From positions 1 to 48,255 of IMG/VR virus record IMGVR_UViG_3300038675_000477: a stretch of DNA of 48,255 bases. One strand, written 5' to 3'. The position numbers and the translations under genes are program-made. Numbering within the stretch: position 1 is the stretch's first letter; each line of letters starts with the position of its first letter. The notes beneath the pieces were generated by a model. It saw nothing but the letters and a program-made list of their open reading frames with translations, was not told where the DNA came from and searched no databases. This stretch comes from a virus (lineage: Duplodnaviria > Caudoviricetes). This document shows positions 47,970 through 48,255 of the stretch, in pieces.

Positions 47970-48043
47970 GCGCATATAGCTCAGTTGGTTAGAGCACTTC
48001 TCTGATAAGGAAGGGGTCTCCTGTTCAAGTCAGGATTTGCGCA
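47970..48043 (+). tRNA. tRNA-Ile(GAU)
   Basis: GCGCATA..TAGCTCAGTTGGTTAGAGC, CTTCT-CTGATAA-GGAAG, TCCTG-TTCAAGT-CAGGA, TTTGCGC-A. Confidence 0.9.
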
Positions 48044-48131
48044 CTATATCATCAAAAATATAGGTTTGAATCGGATAAAAGATTTCTTTAGCTTTTATTA
48101 CAGCGATCACATTTACCTTAATTTTTCATAT

Positions 48132-48173
48132 GCACCTATAGCTCAGCCCGGTTCAGAGCGTTTGCCTCGTGCA
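48132..48173 (+). pseudogene. Internally deleted tRNA
   Basis: GCACCTA-TAGCTCAGCCCGGTTCAGAGCG-TTTGCC joined almost directly to GTGCA. The anticodon loop and T-arm are missing. Confidence 0.6.
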
Positions 48174-48195
48174 CTTATATCTAATTATAAAATAT

Positions 48196-48255
48196 GGTCT
48201 CTTAGCTCAGTTGAGTCAGAGCACCTGAATTACAATCAGGGGGTCCTAGGTTTGA
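48196..48255 (+). tRNA. tRNA-Val(UAC), truncated by the window edge
   Basis: GGTCTCT-TAGCTCAGTTGAGTCAGAGC, CCTGA-ATTACAA-TCAGG, GGGTC-CTAGG-TTTGA. Confidence 0.8.

Noticed and set aside
1-48255. Genome-wide stop-codon reassignment (TAG or TGA), as in some Bacteroidota phages
   Set aside because: Coding density is high under code 11. TAG and TGA end well-defined genes (flotillin, ligase, ATGA overlaps), and no suppressor tRNA is visible in the window.
1-48255. CRISPR array or DGR
   Set aside because: No regularly spaced repeat-spacer units, reverse transcriptase or TR/VR pair were seen. The only repeats are short coding repeats and one 24-nt pair.

Overview
A very AT-rich, gene-dense segment of a large T4-like (myovirus-type, probably jumbo) phage genome. 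The host is most likely a Bacteroidota: there is a Bacteroidota-type primary sigma factor, a DUF4494-like gene, no Shine-Dalgarno signals, and a Bacteroidota-style heat-shock promoter. Structural content includes tail-fibre-like genes, a gp6-like baseplate wedge, a TerS-like gene, gp26/gp51-like hub genes and a probable prohead core protein. The large terminase is fractured by an atypically split intein in the Walker A motif, with a free-standing Vsr/DUF559-like endonuclease between the halves. Accessory genes include an ECF sigma, a primary-type sigma-70, a dNMP-kinase-like gene near a T4-type DNA beta-glucosyltransferase, an NfeD-flotillin pair, a RelA/SpoT-type HD hydrolase, an ATP-dependent DNA ligase and Hsp20. 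A block of proteins carries T4-like capsid-targeting leaders: a PT-TG-like protein, an annexin-repeat-like protein, a degenerate ATP-grasp, a Nudix hydrolase and an M15+GH19 muralytic enzyme. The window ends in a tRNA cluster invaded by a GIY-YIG endonuclease and containing two unusual long-variable-arm CAU tRNAs. All family calls come from reading motifs by eye, with no database searches. Several apparent 1-nt homopolymer frameshifts could be sequencing artefacts.
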